Below the pieces are notes generated by a model. It was not told the DNA's origin, ran no database searches, and was given only the letters and a program-made list of their open reading frames with translations. Below are positions 53,300 through 64,000 of a stretch of DNA of 64,000 nt, in pieces. The stretch is from Octopus vulgaris (taxonomy: Eukaryota): contig OX597828.1 of the NCBI GenBank assembly GCA_951406725.2, forward strand, positions 60,140,001-60,204,000, in the 5' to 3' direction. Numbering within the stretch: position 1 is the first letter of the stretch; every line of letters starts with the position of its first letter. The translations under genes were made by a program, and so were the position numbers.

Positions 53300-55781
53300 A
53301 GACAACCCTTGGTATATGTACTTACAACTGCAAGTTTCAGGCAAAGAAAACTGGAATGGTCCATTTAATGGAGGAGAAAAAGAAGATAAATTGCAATGTG
53401 CTTGAAGTCTGCAGAAAAGATCAAAGGAAAGAAATAAATGTAAGATGGACCGATGAGAGTGTCATAAGACTTGGAAAAGCAAGCAGTGTGAGAGCAACAG
53501 GTGAAACAAGGTTCATCAAAAACAAAGAATAAGCTTTGAAAATTGTCTTCTTTCATGCATCAGAGTGCTAGATGTTTGTCTCCCAGGAAATTCCACCCTG
53601 AAGATCATCCAGATCTATGTTCCCACAAATGCAGTGCAGATGATGAAATGAAAGAATTCTACCAAGAGCTAGATAAAGTGCTAGCTCACAAATCCACTTA
53701 CACTATAGTGATGAAGATTTCAACACAAAGGGTGGAAAAGGACAGCAGGGAAAGAAATATGTTGTAAGGTTTAGATTGGGAAAGAGAAACAAAAGAGGGG
53801 AATGTTTAATTACTATGGCAGAGGCAAGAAGAGTTTTACAGTGAGTACAACATATTCATGAAGCAATCTGGAAGGAGATAGACCTGGATAGCCTGAAACA
53901 CTCAGTACAAAAAGGAAATTGACTATATCCTGGTTGACAAATGGCACATAATGCTGAACGTCTCAGTGATAGTGCCATTCATCACCAGCGGTGTTCATCA
54001 CTTGCTATGGGCAAAGATTATGATCAACAAAATCAGGGAGAAGGCCCTGCATTATCTCTATGAATAATCATCAATACATCAGGGCAATTTGGAGTCAGCC
54101 TGAAGAGATTGATGAAGATGACAATTCACTGGACCAGAAAATTAAAAGCTACATATAAAAGACGAAAACTGCAGAAGCCTAATGGAGGAATCTCAAAGGA
54201 AATGAAGAATATGCTAGGGAAACAGAAAATTATGAAGAGGAACATGAAAGAACACCCTAAATATTTTGTTCTCTGTAAATCAATCAGATAATATCTTTGA
54301 GAATTATAGATTGAAGAAGCTTATGCAAATGTAGAGGAAAGGAAAAGTGGAAAGAAAAGGAAAAGATGGAAAAGTGCCACTTGTTCTGGTCAGTGAAATT
54401 GAAAATGCCCTCAAGCTGATTAAAGCAGACAAAACTTTAAGAAGAAATGGCATAACAACAGAGATGTGAAGGGGTGGAATATCCTCATTCTAAGCTTCAA
54501 TCACTATCTGAAGGAAAGGAAAGTACTCATTTTGTGAAAAGCGTCAAATACCATCCTGCTTCATAAGGGTGATAAAAAAGACATAAGAAATTATTGACAC
54601 ACATACCTCTTGTCTTACTGCAATAAGTTATTTACAAAGGTCACACTCAGCAGGGTATCAGAACATTTCAATGACCAGCAGTTAATGGAGCAAGCAAGTT
54701 TTCATAATAACTACAATATGATGGATCACATATTCACTCTAACACAGCTTATAGAACAAATGAACCAATACAAGCTACCTCTGTGCATTGCTTTTGCCAA
54801 CTACAAAAAGGCTTTCAATTGTATCAAGATTAGTGTGGTGCTAAACTCTCTAGAAATGCAGGGTGTCAAAGTTCAATGCACCAAAATACTCAGATGTGAA
54901 CTCTGGATGCACCACTAATTTAACTCTGCTATTGTAAGAGTTCTAATTGGGAAGGGTATCAAATAATGAGATGCCATCTCTTCAAAGCTCTTCACTGCAT
55001 ATCTAGAATTGGCCATTGGGCAGTGTGAACATCAACAGCAAGCTGCTAACATATCTCTGATTTTCAGTGACATTGTACTCATTGCCAAAACCATAAATTA
55101 GCTGCAGACCATACTGACAGAGTTGGACACCTACAGGTCAGCACTAGATCTTAAAAGGAACCACATAAAAACAAAATACACGTGGTCTGAGAATGTAGCA
55201 CAAGGTCAAATAGAGATAGGAAGCAATGAAATTGGGGAAGTAAAGAAGTACATCTATTTAGAGCACACAGTGAATACACACTTAGTCAACAAGACTTTTA
55301 CCTCGATAAAAGATGTGCTGAAAGCAAAGCTGGATAAGATCAAATGAGGCAGACTCCTCAATAGCATCATCCTACCTGTCTTTATTAGTGAGGCATTGGT
55401 TATTATAAAAAGGGGAAAATATCACTTGATTACAGTGCAAAGGACCATGGAAAGATCCATACTAAGAATATCATTATGACAGTATATCTGAAACAAGAAA
55501 ATTCAAGAAAAGAGCACAGTGAATGATGTGATCACAGAATACTGAAATGACAAGTTCCACTGGGCCAGACACATCACAAAGTTCATAGACAACAGGTGTA
55601 CAGTTGCCAAATGGTATCCAAGAAAAGGTTACTTGAAGGCCTCCTCAATATTGAGAAAATGATTTAGTTAAATGATTTGAGCCATGATGGAAAAAAAAAT
55701 TGGTGCAATCAAGAAAGAATTGGAAGCACATTGGGATCAGCGATGTATAACAACATCCGATAGCCTGGTCAATACAGTGAT
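53300..55781 (+). mobile_element. Near full-length decayed RTE LINE family B
   Basis: ICTYNC, IQIYVPT..DDEMKEFYQEL, EIDYILV, EQASF..DHIFTLTQLIE..PLCIAFANYKKAF, ISSKLF, KKYIYL, WARH. Confidence 0.88.
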
Positions 55782-55814
55782 GTGTGTGTTCATATATATG
55801 TTTTATTATCATAA

Positions 55815-56173
55815 TTTAACATCTACTTTTCCATGCTTGCATGGGTCACATTGAATTTATTGAGGCAGATATTCTATGCTCACCTGTTTTGAGGCAAGGT
55901 AATATTTCCCCATAACCAGACATATTTTCTACAGAATTCTGGAAACAAACAACATTGCTTTTATGATGTTGATGCTTATTTACAACCATCACTTGATAAC
56001 AAGACAAGAGTATACACACACACACACACAACAGGTTTCTTTCAGTCTCTGTCTACCATATTCACTCACAAGACTTTAGCTGGCCTGGAGCTGTTGAATA
56101 TGATACAGGTGTCACACTGTGATACCACACATTTGGGAAGCAAACTTCTCAGCCACACAGCCGTGCCTGCACC
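55815..56173 (-). mobile_element. SINE family 1b (SINE1 head + RTE-A-type tail)
   Basis: Collinear with 31270-31666. Confidence 0.65.
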
Positions 56174-56254
56174 TACTTTTGATATGTATTTATGCACTCT
56201 TCCAGAAGTGGGTAACCTTCCAACAGAATGGTGTCCTGCTTGTCTGATAAGTGG

Positions 56255-56460
56255 GAAGCCACTCCAGGCTCCATTGTCTATTTTGGCATGGTTTCGACAG
56301 CTGGATGCCCTTCCTAATGCCAATCACTTTACAGTGTACAGTGTGCTTTTTATGTGGCACCAGCACCTTTGCTTTTTACATGGCATTGGCACCAGTGCAT
56401 TTTATGTGACATCATCACCAACAGGGTCACCAAGTATCATGCAAGACAAAATCCCCTCAA
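56255..56460 (-). mobile_element. RTE family A 3'UTR fragment
   Basis: cagctggatgcccttcctaatgccaatcac..tgctttttatgtggcacc. Confidence 0.7.
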
Positions 56461-56470
56461 CAGATATATA

Positions 56471-58030
56471 TATATCAAATGTGAGGATAAAATTCTTTTC
56501 GAAAAAAAATATTTTCTCGAAAAAAATTTTATCAATGGCCAGCATATTAAAAAATACCTTTAACGGTTAAATTTATAAACAATTCATTAATAAGGGCAAA
56601 GGAAAAAAATGCCAAATATGCCGAAAAATTGGACATATTGTCCATTAACCATATAATTTTTTCACAATACGCACGCTACTCGAAAAAAGGTCGACAGAAA
56701 TTTCTAAAAAATTCCATTATTACCATATCGGACCGATTTCAGAGTTAGCTACTAAGAGCCTTCTCTTCGTCAGTGATACGTGTGGCAAAAGAAATAAATG
56801 AGATACTTACTCATACCCATGGAAGAAGCAAATACTAAGTCATGGGCACAACTAAGTACCCCAAATACATCCAAAATAGAAATACTCCAGCCCATTCGAG
56901 GCACGTGCGATTTGAACCGAGGCTCTCACAGAGTGAGTTAGTTAGTTCGGAAGTGAACACTTAAATTTATATCAAATGTGAGGATAAAATTCTTTTCAAA
57001 AAAAAATATTTTCTCGAAAAAAATTTTATCAATGGCCAGCATATTAAAAAATACCTTTAACGGTTAAATTTATAAACAATTCATAAATGAGGGCAAAGGA
57101 AAAAATTCCAATGCCAAATATGCCGAAAAATTGGACATATTGTCCATTAACCATATAATTTTTTCACAATACGCACAATATTTTCGAGAAAATATTTTTT
57201 TCAAAAAGAATTTTATCCTCACATTTGATATAAATTTAAGCGTTCACTTCCAAACTAACTAACTCACTCTGTGAGAGCCTCGGTTCAAATCGCACGTGCC
57301 TCGAATGGGCTGGAGTATTTCTATTTTGGATGTATTTGGGGTACTTAGTTGTGCCCATGACTTTGTATTTGCTTCTTCCATGGGTATGAGTAAGTATCTT
57401 ATTTATTTCTTTTGCCACATGTATCACTGACAAAGAGAGGGCTCTTAGTAGCTAACTCTGAAATCGGTCCGATATGGTAATAATGGAATTTTTTAGAAAC
57501 CTTTTTTCGAGTATTGTGAAAAATTATATGGTTAATGGACAATATGTCCAATTTTTCGGCATATTTGGCATTTATGAATTATATATATATATATAAACAA
57601 TTTATAAGTAAGGGCAAAAGAAAAAATTTCTAATGCCAAAATATGCCGAAAATAGACACAACGTCAATAACCATGTAATTTATCACTAACAAGCACATAT
57701 TTCGAAGAAAGCCAATAGAAATTTCTAAAAAATCCCATTATTACCATATCGGACCCGATTTCAGAGTTAGTTCATAAGAACCTTCCCTTCATCGGTGATA
57801 AATGCATTTATCGGGATGTTTTAGAAATTTCTATCGGCTTTCTTCGAAATGTGTGCCTGTTAGTGATAAATTACATGGTTATTGACGTTGTCTATTTTCG
57901 GCATATTTTGGCATTAGAAATTTTTTCTTTTGCCCTTATAAATTGTTTATAAATTTAACCTTTAAAGGTATTTTTTAATATGCTGGCCATTGATAGAATT
58001 TTTTTAGAAAAATTTTATCCTACATTAGAT
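56471..58030. repeat. Tandem + inverted array of a ~490-bp hammerhead-bearing unit (Penelope-like/retrozyme-like)
   Basis: Unit 56471-56964, partial tandem copy to 57176, inverted copy 57181-57572, then a second variant with its own inverted arm 57592-58030. Confidence 0.8.
56725..56779 (-). ncRNA. Hammerhead ribozyme motif
   Basis: Minus strand reads UAUCA-CUGACGA-AGAG...CUCU-GAAA-UCGG-UC-CGAUA. Variants at 57421-57475 (+, CUGACAA) and 57746-57800 (-, CCGAUGA). Confidence 0.6.
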
Positions 58031-58252
58031 GATATATATATATATATAAGAGTTGAAGAATGGATAGATAAGACCTGGGATACATATGTTTCATAGCAAG
58101 TGGAACCTCAGAAGTGTTAAATATCCAAACAAGGTGTATACCACAGGTTACTTTTGAATCCAAGGATATCTTGATTAAATGAAAGTTTACATTGTTGCAA
58201 AGAGGTACATGATAGCACATGGAAGATTCAATCAGAATGTGTGTGTGTGTGT

Positions 58253-58555
58253 GGAGGCGCAATGGCCCAGTGGTTAGGGCAGTGGACTCGAAGTTGTAGG
58301 ATCATGGTTTTGATTCCCAGACCGGGCATTGTGAGTGTTTATTGAGTGAAAACACATAAAACTCCACAAAACTGCAGCAGGGGGGGGGGGGCGATCCCTG
58401 CTGTACTCTTTTGTCACAACTTTCTCTCACTCTTTCTTCTGTTGGCCTGCTTGCTTAGCCAGCGGGGTAGCATCATTTGAAGGCTAAAACAATGCAAAGC
58501 GCATTGTGACCAGCGATGTGTAGCAACATCTGATAACCCGGTCAGTCATGGTGAT
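58253..58555 (+). mobile_element. tRNA-derived SINE family 3 with RTE-B-derived tail
   Basis: A box tggcccagtgg, B-box-like ggttttgattcc. The last ~60 nt match the LINE B 3' end. Confidence 0.85.
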
Positions 58556-58567
58556 ATATATATATAT

Positions 58568-58771
58568 AACGGAAGGTTTACGAAAATAAACAAAAGACGA
58601 AGGCAGGTGAAGTACAAACAAATAATGTATTAGTATGGCGCTCAGGAATAGAAATAAAACAAGTCTTTTACGTTTCGAGCCTACGCTCTTTGACAGGCTC
58701 TTCAACAGAAAGATACACAGAAAAGAAACAAGGAGAGAAAAAAATTGCGTGTAGGGGCTAACAATCCAACA
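58568..58771 (-). mobile_element. Penelope-like fragment with degenerate hammerhead (58664-58713)
   Basis: Minus strand reads UCUUU-CUGUUGA..GAGC-GUAG-GCUC-GAAA-CG-UA-AAAGA. Shares ggcgctcagga with the 33.2-kb element. Confidence 0.5.
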
Positions 58772-58789
58772 TATATATATATATCCTAG

Positions 58790-59003
58790 TGTTGGATATA
58801 TAATTTAATGAAGTAGGAAGAAAAGAAAGTATTTACACAATGCAATATGATCAATATTATATGAGACTCAACACTCTCAATCAACAGCTCACAATGAACT
58901 GCTTACCAATCTGAACTGCCAATCTCTCACAGTTCTTTATTTTATAACAATGAGTCAGTTCACCTTTAGTCACCTGGTGAGTAGTTTGAATCCATCCTCA
59001 ACA
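58790..59003 (-). mobile_element. 3' LTR of Ty3/gypsy element (214 bp)
   Basis: tgttg...caaca termini. The polypurine tract aaaaaggggaga (59004-59015, minus strand) abuts the LTR. Confidence 0.75.
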
Positions 59004-59059
59004 TCTCCCCTTTTTAGAATTAGTCTCCCCTAACTTCTCCCTGTTTGAGAATTAAACTC

Positions 59060-59740
59060 CACTCAGACTTTTAATATCTCTTATGCTTAGGGTTCAATTT
59101 CACTCTTTCCATTCTTTTCTGTTTTCTGGTGCTAGAACATGTAGCTTCAAATTGTTTGGGTGTTGGTACCTCAAGTGTGTCATACAATACTTCCATGGGG
59201 ATTTCATTTCTTGTGACTGTTTTTTCCATGAATCTTTTTTTTAAGTTGGTTAATATGTCTTGTATGTTCAACATTTTTTTTTCCTTTTATCAGGAATAAC
59301 ATTCTTCAAATTTGTTTAATAATTACACCATCCTCCCAGCTTTCTTTACCATATCTATAAGCTTTAGAAAAAAAACTTTATCACCTAACTTGAAGAATTT
59401 TGATGTATTTTTGTTGGTCGCCTTTTTTCTGTTTTTTCACTCAGTATCAGCTTATCAAAGACGGATCAGATCTTTCTAGCAAATATCAGTTCTGCGGGTG
59501 ACATTCCAGATGAGGTATTCAGATTAGGTGTTACTCAGTACACTCTTAGAAACTGATGAAGTGCAAGATCGTCCATTACTTCATTGTTCACCTTTTTCAA
59601 TGCCCTTTTGTAAATGTCAACAAAATGCTCTGCTCGTCCATTTGATCAAGTATGATACAGCAGAGTGATGACATGTTCAATGACAAACATTTTACAAAAT
59701 TTTCTGAATTCATCTGACGTGAATTGAATTCCATTGATTT
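59060..59740 (-). pseudogene. Ty3/gypsy integrase fragment
   Basis: NGIQFTSDEFRKFC..IEHV..YHT*SNGRAEHFVDIYKRALKK..FLRVY*VTPN..SPAELIFARKI. Confidence 0.85.
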
Positions 59741-60229
59741 TCTGGAATAAAGAATCTTCAAAAATGCTCAAATATTTCTCCATTCAATACATACCGTAGG
59801 ACAATGATTGTGTGCCAAAACATCTTTTGTGTCATCAGCCATGACAGTTACCCAGCTACTCTATGATCATCCACTTGATATTTTATGAGGTCCCATCATC
59901 TTTGAAGTGCCACATGTGGCTGGCCAGGAATGTGATGAATTGTCTTTCTGGAATCCTGAGAGAGGACCTGTGGTTGTACAGGTGCCACTTGAAGACTGTT
60001 GCAGCTGAGTGTTGGTTGTGTTCACATTTCTGATGCATCTTTGGTCATCTTCAGACCTGGAGATGTTGGTGTTGCTGGAGCTGCCATCAGTGCTGTTGTC
60101 ATTATGAGATGTGGGTCTAGCAATATTGTTCTTGCTGTGGTCATTGAGAACTGAGTGATGAACTCCTACTTTATCTAAATTTGTCACTGAAATGATGGTA
60201 TGGTGTATCTGAAAATTACATATAAAGTT

Positions 60230-61270
60230 TGTAAACATAAAAATAAATGGAACAAACATCAGATTACAGCTTCATAACTATATTAAATACCAAAACATGG
60301 AGTGCATTAGGTAAACCAGTACTAAGTAAAACTACAAAGGCTATGAGAGGTGTTTTGGGAAGAAAATTGTTTAGTAGTGAATTCAATTGCAATGTGACTT
60401 TCTGAGGTAGAACAACAAAAGCAAAGGCTAAATAATACCAATAACCTATTTGGAATGAATTGGATGGAAAAATTCGATCTCTGGGATTTACCCATTAACC
60501 ACTTCTGCAAAAATGTAATAGGTACATGCACAAGTTCTAACTCCGACCCGGACAAACTGCAAAAAGAATTAAAGTATTCCCAGACATGTTTTCAGACAAA
60601 CTAGGTACATGTTTGAAAAGAAAAGCAAAATTTGGGATAAAAGAGAATGCAATACCAATTTTTAAACCAAAAAGAAATGTTTCACATGCAGCATTAGAAC
60701 AGATAAACTTAGAGAGACTAGAAAGAATTGGAGTAATCCAAAAAGTGGAATATTGTCAATGGACATCACCACTGTGTACATTAAGAAAAAGAATTATAAA
60801 ATCAGAGTGTGTTCTGATTTTTGCACTGGGCTTAATGAATGTCTTAAAATGTCCAACTATCTGCTAGCTACTCTGGAGGACATATTTGTGAAATCAAAAG
60901 GTAGCAAGATATTTTTAAAATTGGATCTCTTTGATGTGCATCTACAAATTGCTCAAAATACCTAACAATTAACACACATAAAGGACTATATAAATATAAC
61001 AGGTTGCCATTTGGCTTAAAAGTCACACTGGCAATCTTCCAGTAAATTATGGATGCAATGTTAGCTGACTGTGAATTCATAGCTGCATATCTCAATGACA
61101 TATTCATGAAGGATGAATCAAGAAGTCTGCATGTACAACATGTGAAAATGGTATTTAAAAAACTAAGTGAATACAGGTTCAAACTGAGTGCAGATAAGTG
61201 TGATTTCTTTTTACCTAAAATTAGATATTTTGGGTAAATCATAGATAGAAAGGGTCAGTGTCCGGATCCT
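60230..61270 (+). pseudogene. Ty3/gypsy protease-RT fragment
   Basis: NLFGMNWM, PIFKPKRNV, KIRVCSDFCTGLN, IFLKLDL, TINTHKGLYKYNRLPFG, AYLNDIF, KCDFFLPKIRYFG. Confidence 0.9.
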
Positions 61271-61331
61271 ACCATATTTTAACTAAACTAAATTTTTTTA
61301 ATGCTTAAACACTGCTTGGCACTAATATTTT

Positions 61332-62620
61332 CATCATCATCATCATTTAATGTTCATCTCCCATGCATACATGGGTAGGACAGTTGACAAGGAGCCAGCC
61401 ATGTAGAAGACTACCCCAGTCTACTGTGTCTGTTTTGGTAGGGTTTTTATGGCTGGATGCCCTTCCAAACACCAAACACTCTACAGAGTGGACTCTGTGC
61501 ATTTTATGTGATACTAGCATAGACGAGGTTAGTTTAGGTGTGATTTTTACAGCTGGATGCCCTTCCAAATGCCAACCACTCTACAGTGTGGACTGGATGC
61601 TTTTTACATGACACCAGCACTGGCAGGGCCACCAAGTAACTTACAAGACAAGGAAGGAATTTAAGGGCAAGGGCATTTGAGGAGAGAACATGTGTCATAG
61701 GATGAAAGGTTGGAGTGTGATAGATAGGCAGAAATAGGTGTCTTGCTATAACAGAGGGGGAATTGGGGGGAGATAATCTGGTGTCAAATGATGAAAGGTT
61801 AGAGCATGACAGAAATAGAGAGGCAGAAGCAGGTATCTTGCTATAGAGGAAGTACAGAGTTACCCAGTGAGAGGGGGGAAAGAGGAAGAAGGAGAGGGAG
61901 GTACAAGAAAGAGGACAGAAACAGGTATGCTGATGTAAAGGAGATACTAGTCAGAGGAAAAACAAGAGAAGGGGAGAGAGAGAGTGAACAAGAATGAGGG
62001 CAGAAATAGGTGTGCTGCAGTAGAGGAGATTCATGGCTACCCAGCGAGAGAAAAGAGAGTGAGAGAATGGGAAACAGCAAAAGTGCAAGAGAGAGCAGGA
62101 AAGAGATGGTGAAGTGCCATGGTGTACTCACAAGTAACAAGGATCAGAGCATAGATGTGATGGTGAAGTAAGGAAGAGAGAGGTCATAATATACACACTC
62201 AGGTATTGCCTAGAAGGGGCAAGTAGAGAGTGTGGATTGCAGTGACTGGCGAAAACCTGAGTATAAAAATGGGGTGGGGAAAAGCAGTGATCAGGGCAGT
62301 GTGGGCAGGGAAGGGGATTAGAAGACAATTACAGTTTATGAAGAGGAAATGTGAGGAAAAGAAAGATGCAGTTTAGAAGAGATGTAGTTTGGTTTCTTGG
62401 AGCAGGGTGTGTGAAAATTTTGTTGGTACATATGGGTGGGACACAATGCTTCTAGCACTTAGTTTCACTGACTTGTGTTGGTCTTTTCTAGAACCTCATA
62501 TCACTAAACATCTTGGTCCATTGTCATTTCCTGCATGAGCCCTAACATTGTAAGATCAGTCCTCACCACTTTATCCCTTGTCTTCCTAAGTCTCCCTCTT
62601 CTACAGGTACCATCCACTTT
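61332..62620 (-). mobile_element. RTE family A 3' end (ORF2 tail + long 3'UTR)
   Basis: KVDGTCRRGRLRKTRDKVVRTDL. UTR is collinear with 1588-2220 and has an (atc)n tail. Confidence 0.85.
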
Positions 62621-64000
62621 ATTTTTGCAGATTTCAATCTGTTGATTTTTGCTAATGGTATTATTTTTGCTGTTTATCTGTAGACATTCAACAAAGTTCC
62701 TGACTTCAAAGCATGTGTCACTGACTAACATCATTTATTGTTCCTTTAGCATAACTTTGAATTTGTTGGATACTTTTTTTGTATTTCATAATGCTGTATA
62801 TTTGTATTCCTAAACTGTTTCATTCTGACCATTATATTGAATCTATGTTTTTATGTTCTCTTTAATATGAACATCTATCAACCAAGATACATATTTCATA
62901 TGCATTTATTATATTGGTTAATGTATATTATATTATAGTATTGTATTTAATTTTATAGTATCACTTACATTCTATTTCTCTCCCCTTTAATTAATTGGAC
63001 TGATTTTTTTACATATCCCTATGAACATACGTATATTTAATTTTTAAAAAAATTTTCTGTATGCCCTTGTATATTTCAAAATTGAATTTTGTCCGTTGTA
63101 TTAGAATCAACTTTTTTCTGTTATTTTGTGCTTTTCCATACTCTATTCTTCTTAGCTTCTATGCATTTTCTTCCTTCTTTTTCTTACATGACTGTAAATT
63201 TCCTCCCTTGTAGTAAGTTCATTTATTCATTTAAAGAAAACAAGCCATACAATGCTTCAGATGAAAAACACCCATGGGTTGCACAGTTGTAATTCTATAT
63301 GTCCATTTTTATACAATCGTAGAATTGGAAGAGCTTAAAATGGTCTTTTAGAAAAGAATATTGTCAATTCTCTAAAAGTGATATGGAAAGATAATGCTGC
63401 AGCAGGTTGAAAACGTTAACTTTATTGACAGGTCATTTAAAACTAACATAAAAAGAACCTTCTAAATTAGGACTGAAAGTAATAAATGAAATAAAGGGAA
63501 ACTGTAGATCAGAACCCACATATAAGTCTAGATTCATTAATATATGTTTCGCTAATAATGTTGCTAGTTTATCACCTGAAACTGAAGTTGCACAATAAAG
63601 ACAGGTAAACATTCAAAGTCAGGCTGGGATCACAACTAAAATTCTGTTTTTGCAAAGAACTATCTCACAGACTATTGTAGTTATAAAGTGCAGCACTATC
63701 AATTAATTAACAGAAACTCAGAAACAGTTAAAATATGACTTAAATCCCAACTTTCATTAATTGAACCAAGAACTAATAGTGACAGAAGTAAAATAAAAAA
63801 TGAATCTGCCGAGAATAAACTGAAACAACTGCAGCAGAAGAAAGAGGCTTGTAACTACCTTGCTCAAGTTTGTGAACATGGAAAATCTTTCTTACATATA
63901 ATAAACACAATGTGTCCTATCAGTTACACTTGGGGGAAAGAAGAGTAAAAAAACAAAGGGAGTGGGAATGAGTGTCAGTCAGAGACAGTAAAGCAAACAA

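Noticed and set aside
53060-53300. Possible HDV-like ribozyme at the 5' end of RTE family B
   Set aside because: I could not build the nested double pseudoknot by eye; the copy is too decayed.
58253-58325. Possible tRNA gene
   Set aside because: The B box and stems are degenerate and the sequence continues into a SINE body and LINE-derived tail.
59867-60259. 130-aa Ser/Thr/Asn-rich minus-strand ORF
   Set aside because: Low complexity, no recognisable domain, and it sits within a rearranged gypsy relic.

Overview
This is AT-rich, microsatellite-rich animal genomic DNA, most likely from an octopus (coleoid cephalopod), judged from the tRNA-derived SINE families and the RTE LINE tails ending in (GAT)n. 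The only host-gene signal is two short, in-phase GT-AG exons on the + strand (9095-9182 and 13595-13664). They encode leucine-rich repeats matching the C-terminal LRR region of SHOC2/SUR-8. No other exon was recognised, so most of the window is probably intron. The rest is decayed transposable elements: at least three RTE-type LINE families, several SINE families, mariner/Tc1 relics, two hAT elements with 8-bp TSDs, Helitron pieces, a rearranged Ty3/gypsy element and a probable solo LTR. Most ORFs in the supplied track are TE fragments or microsatellite artefacts. Five observations stand out. (1) About ten minimal hammerhead-ribozyme motifs occur in several Penelope-like or retrozyme-like non-coding repeats; most are antisense to SHOC2, and two have very long stem II hairpins. 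(2) A canonical PHD finger is inserted inside the reverse transcriptase of the dominant RTE family. (3) That LINE's 3'UTR carries a tandem array of ~62-nt double-hairpin/pseudoknot units. (4) SINE/LINE partner pairs share 3' tails. (5) One RTE copy has a twin-priming-like 5' inversion. All assignments are by eye; TE boundaries are approximate unless TIRs or TSDs are quoted.
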